From an uncultured Spirochaetota bacterium (GTDB lineage: Bacteria > Spirochaetota > Spirochaetia > SZUA-6 > CAVTHK01): a stretch of DNA of 64,000 nucleotides. The stretch covers positions 288,001-352,000 of the forward strand of contig CAVTHK010000003.1 of NCBI GenBank assembly GCA_963734495.1, in the 5' to 3' direction. The notes below the pieces were generated by a model that saw only the letters and a list, made by a program, of their open reading frames with translations, did not search any database and was not told the origin of the DNA. Made by a program: the position numbers and the translations under genes. Positions 1 to 9,059 of this stretch are shown piece after piece. Position 1 is the first letter of the stretch; the number at the start of each line of letters is the position of its first letter.

Positions 1-221
1 GTGAGGGTGATCAGGTCGTAGGGGGCGTAGTTGAGGAGGCCGCGGCGCGAGAGCGAGCGGAGCGCGGCGGTGACCGACGCCTTGATCACGCCGAGGCGCC
101 GGGCGATGTCGGTGACGCGGGCGGCGCCCTTTTCCTGCTGGATCAGCCAGGCGGCCTTGAGGTACATCTGCTGGCTCTCCGAGAGCTTCGCGGATCTGTC
201 GACGGCGGATCCCTGTTTCAC
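1..221 (-). CDS. DtxR/MntR-family metal-dependent transcriptional regulator (3' end runs off the window)
   Basis: Manual translation from GTG at 221: MKQGSAVDRSAKLSESQQMYLKAAWLIQQEKGAARVTDIARRLGVIKASVTAALRSLSRRGLLNYAPYDLITL. This matches the DtxR winged-HTH pattern; the gene is divergent from feoAB. Not in the ORF track. Confidence 0.88.
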   Translation of the reverse strand, partial: MKQGSAVDRSAKLSESQQMYLKAAWLIQQEKGAARVTDIARRLGVIKASVTAALRSLSRRGLLNYAPYDLITL

Positions 222-228
222 CGCGCCA

Positions 229-327
229 ATGATAGTCTCGTGCCGCCCCTTGAGTCAACGAGCCAAACAGTGTTTGATCAGTCTTGACAGTGTTAGCCTC
301 GGCAGATAATGTTTGCCAAGACAAACA
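229..327. promoter_or_regulatory. Divergent sigma70-like promoters and candidate DtxR-family operators
   Basis: Plus strand: TTGACA (284-289), 17 nt, TAATGT. Minus strand: TTGACT (258-253), 18 nt, TATCAT (234-229). Inverted repeat TGTTTG-N6-CAAACA at 310-327 with a degenerate copy TGTTAG-N6-CAGATA at 291-308. Confidence 0.55.
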
Positions 328-364
328 AAGCGGGCGGATCGGGCCGTCCGCGGGAGGGTGCGGG

Positions 365-616
365 GTGCGGTGCAGTGTGGGGGAGCTCCCGGTCGGCGCG
401 AGCGCCGTCGTGGTCGGGTACGGCGAGGCCCGCCCCGGCTACCGGGCGAGGCTTCTGTCCATGGGTCTCACGCGCGGGGCCCGGGTCCGGGTGGCCCGCC
501 TCGCGCCGCTCGGCGACCCCGTGCAGGTCCAGGTCCGCGGCGTCTCGCTCACGCTCCGGCGCGAGGAGGCGCGGGTGCTCATCCTCGAGACCGACGACGA
601 CGCCGCGGCCGGGTGA
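365..616 (+). CDS. feoA: Ferrous iron transport protein A
   Basis: RLLSMGLTRGARVRVARLAPLGDPVQVQVRGVSLTLRREEA is the FeoA signature; GGGAGG precedes GTG 365. Confidence 0.93.
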   Translation: MRCSVGELPVGASAVVVGYGEARPGYRARLLSMGLTRGARVRVARLAPLGDPVQVQVRGVSLTLRREEARVLILETDDDAAAG

Positions 617-630
617 GGGAGCAACGACCC

Positions 631-3024
631 ATGGAATCCTGCTGCGGGACGCGCTGTCCGGCGGCTCGCCGCTGCGCGCCGGCCCCGGCCGCACGGGCGG
701 TTGCCGCGCTGGCGGGCAATCCGAACTCGGGCAAGACGACGCTGTTCAACGCCCTCACCGGGAGCCATCAGCGGGTCGGGAACTGGCCGGGAGTGACGGT
801 CGAACGGAGGGAAGGCGCGCTTGCCGACGGCGGGCGCGAAGCCGTCCGCGTCGTCGATCTTCCCGGCATCTACTCGCTTGCTGCCGGGTCGGAAGACGAG
901 GTTGCCGCCCGGGACTTCCTCCTGAGCGGCGAGCCCGGCCTCGTGGTGAGCGTCGTCGATGCGACCAGCCTCTCTCGCGGCCTGTTCCTCACCATTGGTC
1001 TCCTCGAGATGAAGGTGCCCGTCCTCGTCGTGCTCACGATGATGGACCTGGCAAGGCGGCGAGGGATCGCGATCGACGCGGAGCATCTCGCGGGTCTCCT
1101 CGACTGCCCTGTCGTGGCCGTCGACGCCACCAGCGCGAAGGACGCCGGGCGGGTCGGGGGCGCCATCCGCGCGGCGCTGGATCTCCGGCGGATCTCATCG
1201 TTCCGCGTGAGCTACGCGCCCGCGATCGAGTCGTGCCTCGCGGAGCTCGGTCCGCTGCTCGCCGGTCTCGCCGCCGGGATCGGCGCGGACGAACGGTGGG
1301 TCGCGCTCGAGCTGATCGGGGGCGACGCGTGGATCGCGCGGCGCGCGGCCGAGGCTTCAGCCGTGACTGAAGAGCATGCGGGCGGCGTCCGCCGCGGCCT
1401 GCGCGCCTCGATCGGCGAGGAGCCGGACGTCGCGGTCGCGGACGCGCGGTTCGCCCTGGCGCGCTCGCTGTCGGGCCCGGCGTCGCGGGAGCCCGCCGCG
1501 CGGGGGACGGTGACCGAGAGGGTGGACCGCGTGCTGCTCAACCGCTTCCTCGCCCTCCCGATCTTTCTCGCGGCGATGTACCTGACGTTCTGGTTCACGA
1601 TGAGCGTCGGGGGCGCTTTCGTCGGTTTCTTCGACCGGATCGCGGGCACGCTCTTTGTCGACGGTCCCGCCGCGCTGCTCGCCGGCGCCGGGGCCCCCGG
1701 CTGGCTCATCGCCCTGGCCGCAGGAGGGCTCGGCGCAGGCCTGCGCGCCGTGGCGGCGTTCGTGCCGGTCCTCTTCGCCATGTTTCTTGCGCTCGCCGCG
1801 CTCGAGGAGTCCGGCTACATGGCGCGGGCCGCCTTCGTCATGGACCGCATCATGCGATGCGTCGGCCTTCCCGGGAGGGCGTTCGTGCCGATGATGGTGG
1901 GGTTCGGGTGCACGGTCCCTGCGATCATGAGCACCCGCACCCTCGAGACCCGGCGCGACCGGTTCATGACGATCTTCATGGCGCCGAGCATGTCCTGCGG
2001 CGCGAGGCTGCCGGTCTACGCGTTCTTCGCGGCTGCATTCTTTCCGGACGCTTCCGGAGCGGTGGTCTTCTCGCTCTACGCCGCCGGTGTCCTCGTGGCG
2101 CTGCTGACCGGTCTTCTGCTCAAATCGACGCTGTTCCGCGGCGCGGAGTCCTGCTTCGTCATGGAGCTGCCGCCGTATCACGTGCCGCGGGTGCGCGCTG
2201 CGGTCGCTCAGGCGTCGTTCAGGCTCAAGGGGTTCGTGATGAGGGCGGGCGCCGCAATCGCCCTGATCGCGACCGTTCTCGGGCTGGCGAACACCATCTC
2301 CGCGGGCGGACTCCCGGCGCGCGGCGGCCGCGGCGAGACGGTCCTGTCCGCGGCGGGCAAGGTCGTCGCCCCCGTCTTCGAGCCGATGGGCGTCCGCGGC
2401 GACAACTGGCCGGCCGCGGTGGCGCTGCTCACCGGCCTGTTTGCTAAGGAAGCGGTGGTGGGGACGCTGAGCTCCCTCTACGGCCAGGGCGGGGCGGTGG
2501 AGCGGGCGGCCTCCTTTGATCCGATCGCCCGTATCCGCGAGGCCCTGGCTTCGGTCCCTGTCGGGCTGGCGCAGGCCGCGGCGCGCCTGGTCGACCCGCT
2601 GGGGCTTCGGGCGGGCGGCGCTGCGCCCCGGGACGCCGGAACGTTCGCTCGCCTGCGCGAGCGCTTCAGCCCCGCGGCTGCATACGCGTACCTGCTGTTC
2701 GTGCTGCTGTATTTCCCCTGCGTGGCGTCCATGGGTGCGGCGCTGCGGGAGATGGGAGCGGGCCTGGCCCTGGCCCTTGCCGGCTACCTCACGGCAGTCG
2801 CGTGGTCAGTGGCGACGCTGTTCTATCAGCTTGCGGCGGGGCCGAGGCCGCTGCCCGTCGCGCTCGCGCTCGCGGTGGCAGCCGCCGTGGTGGGTGTCTT
2901 TGCTCTGGCGGGAAGGAGCGGCCGCGACGCCGCGGCCGCTCCGATGGATCTGCCTACAGCCGCGACCGGGCCGCGTAGTGCGTGTGCAGCAGGTGATGCG
3001 AGCGCTCCCCGAGCGGCTCTTTGA
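631..3024 (+). CDS. feoB: Ferrous iron transport protein B
   Basis: G1 GNPNSGKT, NWPGVTVE, DLPGIYSL; membrane domain with LEESGYMARAAF, GFGCTVPA, FVMELPPY and LLYFPCVA. Confidence 0.96.
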   Translation: MESCCGTRCPAARRCAPAPAARAVAALAGNPNSGKTTLFNALTGSHQRVGNWPGVTVERREGALADGGREAVRVVDLPGIYSLAAGSEDEVAARDFLLSGEPGLVVSVVDATSLSRGLFLTIGLLEMKVPVLVVLTMMDLARRRGIAIDAEHLAGLLDCPVVAVDATSAKDAGRVGGAIRAALDLRRISSFRVSYAPAIESCLAELGPLLAGLAAGIGADERWVALELIGGDAWIARRAAEASAVTEEHAGGVRRGLRASIGEEPDVAVADARFALARSLSGPASREPAARGTVTERVDRVLLNRFLALPIFLAAMYLTFWFTMSVGGAFVGFFDRIAGTLFVDGPAALLAGAGAPGWLIALAAGGLGAGLRAVAAFVPVLFAMFLALAALEESGYMARAAFVMDRIMRCVGLPGRAFVPMMVGFGCTVPAIMSTRTLETRRDRFMTIFMAPSMSCGARLPVYAFFAAAFFPDASGAVVFSLYAAGVLVALLTGLLLKSTLFRGAESCFVMELPPYHVPRVRAAVAQASFRLKGFVMRAGAAIALIATVLGLANTISAGGLPARGGRGETVLSAAGKVVAPVFEPMGVRGDNWPAAVALLTGLFAKEAVVGTLSSLYGQGGAVERAASFDPIARIREALASVPVGLAQAAARLVDPLGLRAGGAAPRDAGTFARLRERFSPAAAYAYLLFVLLYFPCVASMGAALREMGAGLALALAGYLTAVAWSVATLFYQLAAGPRPLPVALALAVAAAVVGVFALAGRSGRDAAAAPMDLPTAATGPRSACAAGDASAPRAAL

Positions 3025-4726
3025 GCCACGTCTCGTAGAGCTTCTGGATGTCGGGGTTGAGGTGGCTCTTGCGCAGCGTCTTGCCCTCGTCCTCGCGGTA
3101 GATCGCAGCGATGCGGGCCTTGCGCACCTCATCGGTGGTAAAGCGCGGCTGGCCGCCGCCGCCGATGCAGCCGCCGGGGCAGGTCATCACTTCGACAAAG
3201 TGGTACTGGCCGGCGCCGCTCTTGATCCTCTCCATCAGGATCCGGGCGTTTCCCAGGCCGTGGGCGACCGCGGTCCGCAGCTCGACCCCTTCGAGGAAGC
3301 GCCAGTCGGGAAGCGTCCCTTCGAGCCTGATCGCCGCCTCCTTGACCCCCTGCAGCCCCTCGAGCGGCGTGACGTGGAGGCCGCCGACCGGGATCTCGCG
3401 GCCGGTCACCAGCTCGTACGCGGTGCGCAGCGCCGCCTCCATGACTCCGCCGGTATTGGCAAAGATGTCGGCCGCGCCGGTGGAGAGGCCGAGCGGGGCG
3501 TCCATCTGGTCGTCGGGGAGCGAGACGAAATCGATGCCGGCCCCGTCGATCATCTGGGCGAGCTCGCGCGTCGTGAGCACGTAGTCGACGTCCTGCTGGC
3601 CGCTTGCGTTCATCTCGGGCCGCTGCGCCTCGAACTTCTTGGCCGTGCACGGCATGACCGAGACCACGACGATGTCCTCGGCCCGCCTGCCGATCTGCTC
3701 GGCGTAGAAGGTCTTGGCCAGGGCGCCGAACATCTGCTGCGGGCTCTTGCAGGTCGAGAGGTTCGGCAGGTACTCCGGGTAGAAGTGCTCGGTGTACTTG
3801 ATCCAGCCCGGCGAGCAGCTCGTGAACTGGGGGAGAGCCACCGGGCGCTTCTCGACGAGGGCTTTCTTGAGCCTCATCAGGAGCTCGGTGCCCTCCTCGA
3901 CGATCGTGAGGTCGGCCGTGAAGTTGGTGTCGAAGACCTTGGCGAAGCCGAGCCGCCGCAGGGCGGAGACCATCTTGCCGGTGACCAGCGTGCCGGGCGG
4001 GAGCCCGAAGCACTCCCCGAGGGCGGCGCGGATGGCGGGCGCGGTCTGCACGATGACCACCTTCTTCGGGTCCTCCAGGGCGCGGAAGACGCCGTCGGCG
4101 TGGCTGGACTCCACGATCGCGCCGACGGGGCAGACCGCCGCGCACTGCCCGCACTGCACGCAGGCGACGTCGGCGAGGTTCGCCGCAAAGGCGGGCGCCA
4201 CCTGGGTGCGGTAGCCGCGGTACTGCGGGAAGAGGGCGCCCACGCCCTGCACGTCGTTGCACGCGGTCACGCACCGGCGGCACTTGATGCACTTGCCGGA
4301 GTCGCGGGAAAGAGCCGGCGTGCTGCGGTCGAGCCGCACCGCGGCCTTCTCGCCCGTGTAGCGGATGTCGCGAATCCCGAGCTGGTGGGCGAGCGCCTTG
4401 AGCTCGCAGTCCTCGCTCCGGTCGCAGGTCTGGCAGTCGCCTTCGTGCTCCGACAGCAGCAGCTCGACCACCGTGCGGCGCGCGTTGCGGACGCGGCCCG
4501 TGTTGGTGCGCACCTTCATGCCGTCGGAGGCGGGGGTGGCGCAGGCGGCCGAGAGGGTCTTGGCCCCCTCGACCTCCACGACGCACACGCGGCAGGCTCC
4601 GAGGGGCGCGCGCCCCTCGAGGTGGCAGAGGGTGGGGATGTGGACCCCGGCATCCGTGGCAGCCTGGAGGATGGTCGCGCCGGGGGCGACTTTCGTTTCT
4701 CTGTCGTTGATCGTGACGCTAATCAT
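2954..4726 (-). CDS. hydA: [FeFe]-hydrogenase catalytic subunit (group A3, HydA/HndD type)
   Basis: N-terminal 2Fe-2S, His-ligated 4Fe-4S and 2x4Fe-4S motifs; H-cluster motifs FTSCSPGW, MPCTAKKFE and EVMTCPGGCIGGGGQP; C-terminal HLLHTHY. Confidence 0.96.
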   Translation of the reverse strand: MISVTINDRETKVAPGATILQAATDAGVHIPTLCHLEGRAPLGACRVCVVEVEGAKTLSAACATPASDGMKVRTNTGRVRNARRTVVELLLSEHEGDCQTCDRSEDCELKALAHQLGIRDIRYTGEKAAVRLDRSTPALSRDSGKCIKCRRCVTACNDVQGVGALFPQYRGYRTQVAPAFAANLADVACVQCGQCAAVCPVGAIVESSHADGVFRALEDPKKVVIVQTAPAIRAALGECFGLPPGTLVTGKMVSALRRLGFAKVFDTNFTADLTIVEEGTELLMRLKKALVEKRPVALPQFTSCSPGWIKYTEHFYPEYLPNLSTCKSPQQMFGALAKTFYAEQIGRRAEDIVVVSVMPCTAKKFEAQRPEMNASGQQDVDYVLTTRELAQMIDGAGIDFVSLPDDQMDAPLGLSTGAADIFANTGGVMEAALRTAYELVTGREIPVGGLHVTPLEGLQGVKEAAIRLEGTLPDWRFLEGVELRTAVAHGLGNARILMERIKSGAGQYHFVEVMTCPGGCIGGGGQPRFTTDEVRKARIAAIYREDEGKTLRKSHLNPDIQKLYETWLKEPLGERSHHLLHTHYAARSRL

Positions 4727-7700
4727 CGGCTGGCTCCTTGGGGTACTGCGGGGGCTGCGTGCGCCGAGGCGGCCGAGCGGCGCGGCCGCGGCGCACCTGC
4801 TCGAGGGTGAGCTCGGGCGGCGTGATCACCGTCTTCCCGAAGTCGCAGCGCAGGCACCGGCACGCCTGCTTGAGCGCCACGGCCTCGTTCCACGGGAGCT
4901 CGACCTCGTCGAAGTTGTGCCTTCGGCGCTCGACGGCGATCGAGGGCATCTTCTCCCTCGGCGTGGCCACCGGGTCGGCCTCGGGGTCGAAGAACGTGTC
5001 CTCCGTCCTCTCCGTGCGCCAGAAGGCGTTGTAGCCTCCGCTCAGGTACAGGTCCATGGCGACCGCGGCGCGTTCGCCCCCGGCGATCGCTTCGACGACC
5101 GACGACGGGCCGCTGGCCGCGTCGCCGCCGGCGAAGACCCAGTCCAGGGACGTCTGGCCGGTGACCGGATCGGCGGAGATGAAGCCGTCGTCGGTGAGCG
5201 CCACCGCCGCCCCGCCGAGGATCTGCCGCGCGTCCAGCCTCTGGCCGATCGCCGCGATCACCTGGTCGGCCTCGACCTCGAGCTCGGCCGCGCTCGCCTT
5301 GGCGCGCCTGCGGCCGCTCCTGTCGAATTCGCCGAGCGACATGGTGACGCAGCGCAGGCCCGTGATCTTCCTGCCGCGGTCGCGCAGGACCGCGACCGGC
5401 TGCGTGAGCGTCATCAGCTCCACGCCTTCCTGCAGCGCCTCGTCGATCTCTTCGGCATACGCCGGCATCTGCTCGCGGGTGCGGCGGTAGAGGACGGTGA
5501 CCTTTTCCGCCCCGAGGCGCAGCGCCGTGCGCGCAGCGTCGATGGCGGCGTTTCCGCCGCCGATGATCGCGACCTTGCGCCCGACTTCGCACGGAGCCGC
5601 GGATGTTGTACTGCTTGAGGAACGGGACGGCCTGGACGACGCCCGGGCCCTCGGCGCCTTCGATGTCGAGCTCGATGCCTTCGGGCGCACCCACCCCGAG
5701 GAAGACGCTCTCGTAGCCCCAGTTCTTGAGGTCGGCGAGGGTAAAGTCGGCGCCGAGCCTTCGGCCGGTCTCGATGTCGACGCCCATGCGCTCGATCATG
5801 CGGATCTCGCGGGCCATGGTCTCGCGGGGCAGGCGGTAGGCGGGGATCGTCTGGGTGAGCATCCCGCCGGGCGCGGATCTCCGCCTCGAAGACCTTGGGC
5901 TTGTAGCCCAGACGGGCGAGGAAGTAGGCGCATGCGAGGCCGCCGCGGCCCCGCGCCCACGATGGCGATCTTGCGCGCGGCGTTCGCCGCGTTCTCCCGC
6001 ACCTCGGGGAGCTGAATGGTCACCTCCTGGTCGACCATGAAGCGCTTGATCGCCGCGGACGGAGACCGGCGCGTCCAGCGACGTGCGGCGGCACTTGTCC
6101 TCGCAGGTGTGGAAACAGACGCGGCCGCAGACGGCGGCGAACGGGTTGCGCTCGCGGTGCAGCTTGAGCGCCTCGGCGTAGCGCTTCTCGGCAACCAGCG
6201 AGACGAAGCCCGGCACGTTGACCCCCGCGGGGCAGGCGCTCTGGCAGGGCGCGCGCACGAGCGAGGGGCAGACGCCCGCTTCGCAGTGGCGGTCCCGGAT
6301 GTGCTGCTCGTACTCGTGGCGGAAGTGCCGTATGGTGGAGAGCACCGGGTTGGGCGCGGTCTGGCCGAGGCCGCAGAGCGCCGTCTCCTTGATCTGCTGG
6401 CCGAGCTCGACCAGCCGGTCGATGTCCTCCATGTGCCCCTTGCCCGCGCAGATCCGCTCGAGGATCTCGAGCATCCGCTTGGTGCCCACGCGGCAGGGGA
6501 CGCACTTGCCGCACGACTCGTCCTGGACGAACTCCAGGAAGAAGCGCGCGACGTCGACCATGCACGTGTCGTCGTCCATGACGATGAGCCCGCCCGAGCC
6601 CATGATCGCACCGAGCTCGGTGAGGGTCTTGTAGTCGAGCGGGACGTTGAGGTGCTCCTTGGAGATGCAGCCGCCCGACGGACCCCCGACCTGGGCGGCT
6701 TTGAAGGTCTTGCTCCCCTTGATGCCGCCGCCCACGTCGTAGATGAGCTCGCCGAGAGGCGTGCCGATCGGGACCTCGACCAGCCCGGTGTTGTTGACCG
6801 CGCCGGCGAGGGCGAAGACCTTGGTGCCCTTGCTGTCCGCGCTGCCCATGGAAGCGTACCAGGCGGCGCCGTTGAGGATGATGGCGGGGACGTTGTTGTA
6901 GGTCTCTACGTTGTTCAGGACGGTCGGCCTGCCGCGCAGGCCCTTCTGCGCCGGGAACGGCGGGCGCGGCCGAGGCTCGCCGCGCTTGCCCTCGATCGAG
7001 GCCATGAGCGCGGTCTCCTCGCCGCAGACAAAGGCGCCGGAGCCCATGCGGATCGCGAGGTCGAAGGAGAAGCCGGTCCCGAGGATGTCCTCGCCGAGGA
7101 GCCCCCGCTCGCGCGCCTGCTTGAGCGCCGCGTCGAGCCGCTCGACCGCGAGCGGGTACTCGGCCCGCACGTAGATGTACCCGCGGCTCGCCCCGATCGC
7201 GAAGGCGCCGATGACCATGCCTTCGATGACGCTGTGGGGGTCGCCCTCGAGGACGCTGCGGTTCATGAACGCGCCAGGGTCGCCTTCGTCGGCGTTGCAG
7301 AGGATGTACTTCTGTCCGTCCTCGGAGGCCGCCTTGCGCGTGAAGTCCCACTTCATCCAGGTGGGGAAACCGGCGCCGCCCCGGCCGCGAAGGCCCGACC
7401 GCTTGATCTCGTCGATGACCGTTTCGGGGGTCATCTGGGAGAGCACCTTGGCGAGGGCCTGGTAGCCGTCGTTGCCGATGTAGTCCTCGATGTCGAGCGG
7501 GTCGATGCGGCCGCAGTTGCGCAGCACCACCTTGGTCTGCCTGCGGAAATACTCCAGGTCCCGCTCGGTGCGCAGCTGGGCGTCGCCGTCGATCATCGTT
7601 TCCAGGACCTCGGGCACCCTGTCCTCGGTGACCCCTTCGAACCAGGCGCCGCTGGGCTGGAAGACCATGACCGGTCCCTTGGCGCACGGCCCGAGGCAGC

Positions 7701-7974
7701 CGGTCTGCACGATGCGGGCCTTGGCGCCGCGCGCCTCGAGCTCCTTTTCGAGCGCGGCCTTGACCTTGAGCGCGCCCGAAGCGAGGCAGCCGCCGCCGGT
7801 GCAGAGCCGGATCTCCATCTCGGCGGCCCGCGCGTCGCGCGCCTCCTGGACTCTCTTGCGGACGGTGTCGAGCTCCTCGATCGAGCCGATCCTGGCGGGC
7901 CCGGCCGTCCGGCTGGTCGCCTGGCCGACCTTGACCTTCACCTTGGTTTCCTTTCCGCCTTCGCCGAACTTCAT
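4719..7974 (-). CDS. hydB: NuoF/HydB-like flavin subunit fused to a C-terminal GltD/NfnB-like FAD/NAD(P)H module (frameshifted near 6050, 5940, 5880, 5590)
   Basis: Thioredoxin-like 2Fe-2S (CTGGGC...CLGPC), [49 protein letters not shown]; then APCQSACPAG...CGRVCFHTCEDKC, IAIVGAGP, VAIIGGGNAAID...LYRR, VFAGGD and CLRCD. ATGA overlap with hydC. Confidence 0.88.
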
Positions 7975-8507
7975 GCCTTCTCCTCCCCCTGCTCGGCCTG
8001 GGTGAGCAGCTCGCGCACGCGCGCAGGCTTGACCCGCTGGTGGACCTCGTCGTTGACCATGACGGCGGGGGCGAGGCCGCACGCTCCGAAGCAGCGGCCG
8101 ATCTCGAGCGAGAACTGGCGGTCGGGCGTCGTCTGCCCGACCTCGATGTGCAGCGTGTCCTGAAGGGACTTCAGCACGTCCTTGCCGCCGCGCACGTAGC
8201 AGGCCGTGCCGAGGCAGACCCGCACGAGGTTCTTGCCGCGCGGAACGGTGGAGAAGTAGGAGTAGAAGGTCACCACCCCGGTGACTTCGCTGTAGGGCTT
8301 CTCGAGCCTGAGCGCGATGTGCTTGAGCACGCACGCGGGCAGGTACCCGAGCAGGTCCTGGGCCTTCTGGAGCACGGGGATCAGGGCGCTGTCCGGATCG
8401 GGGAACTCGTCGATGACGCGATCCAGGATCGCCAGCTGTTCGTCGGCGATCCGTTCCGCTTCCTGCGGCGAGGGATTCGCGACTCCGGGATGCACGGCCT
8501 GGCTCAT
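7971..8507 (-). CDS. hydC: NuoE/HydC-like 2Fe-2S subunit
   Basis: LIPVLQKAQ, VVTFYSYF, VCLGTACYVRG and RCFGACGLAP; AGGAGG before ATG 8507. Confidence 0.93.
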   Translation of the reverse strand: MSQAVHPGVANPSPQEAERIADEQLAILDRVIDEFPDPDSALIPVLQKAQDLLGYLPACVLKHIALRLEKPYSEVTGVVTFYSYFSTVPRGKNLVRVCLGTACYVRGGKDVLKSLQDTLHIEVGQTTPDRQFSLEIGRCFGACGLAPAVMVNDEVHQRVKPARVRELLTQAEQGEEKA

Positions 8508-8579
8508 GAACACCTCCTAAGGCTTCGCGGGGGGCCCCCAGATCGCCTGCCTCACGGCTACCGGGGCCCTTTTCCCCCG

Positions 8580-8930
8580 ACGCATATGGATTTAATGCTC
8601 CACATGCTCATTTATTAGCTGACCTTTACCGATTGAATGTCACAATACTCTATTTAAGAGTGTTATAGCGCGCACAAAAAGCCTTCTTGTCACATCAATG
8701 ATGCCACAGGCCTCTTTGTCGCGCAATCTATCACGTGTTATTGAGAGTGTCAAACATGTTCCATGTCGCGGGGCGCGATGTCCGCGCTCCCGTGGCGTGA
8801 AGAGGAATGATGCGATTCCATGCTGCGCGCTGCGGCCGGAGCGGAGCAATTCGGGGAGAGTCGGGACGCCAAGCGCTGCCGCGGCTGCCTCGGTTTTGCG
8901 ACTTGACGGCGCGCACGGTTGGGATACTCT
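8580..8930. promoter_or_regulatory. AT-rich divergent control region between the hyd and hox operons
   Basis: Minus strand: TTGACA (8753-8748), 17 nt, TAGATT (8730-8725). Plus strand: TTGACG (8903-8908), 16 nt, TACTCT (8925-8930). Palindromes at 8661-8676 and 8688-8708. Confidence 0.55.
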
Positions 8931-9059
8931 GGGGACACGACGTGCGTTCGTTGCTGACCGCGGGTGCGCGCAGTGGGATGGCAGCGTGGGCGACGGCACC
9001 TCACTGATCGACAACGGCGCGACCAGGCGATGAACGGCTGAGACGTCATAGGAGGTCGC

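Noticed and set aside
8690-8708. Sigma54 promoter (TGGCA...) on the minus strand
   Set aside because: The -12 position reads GT rather than GC.
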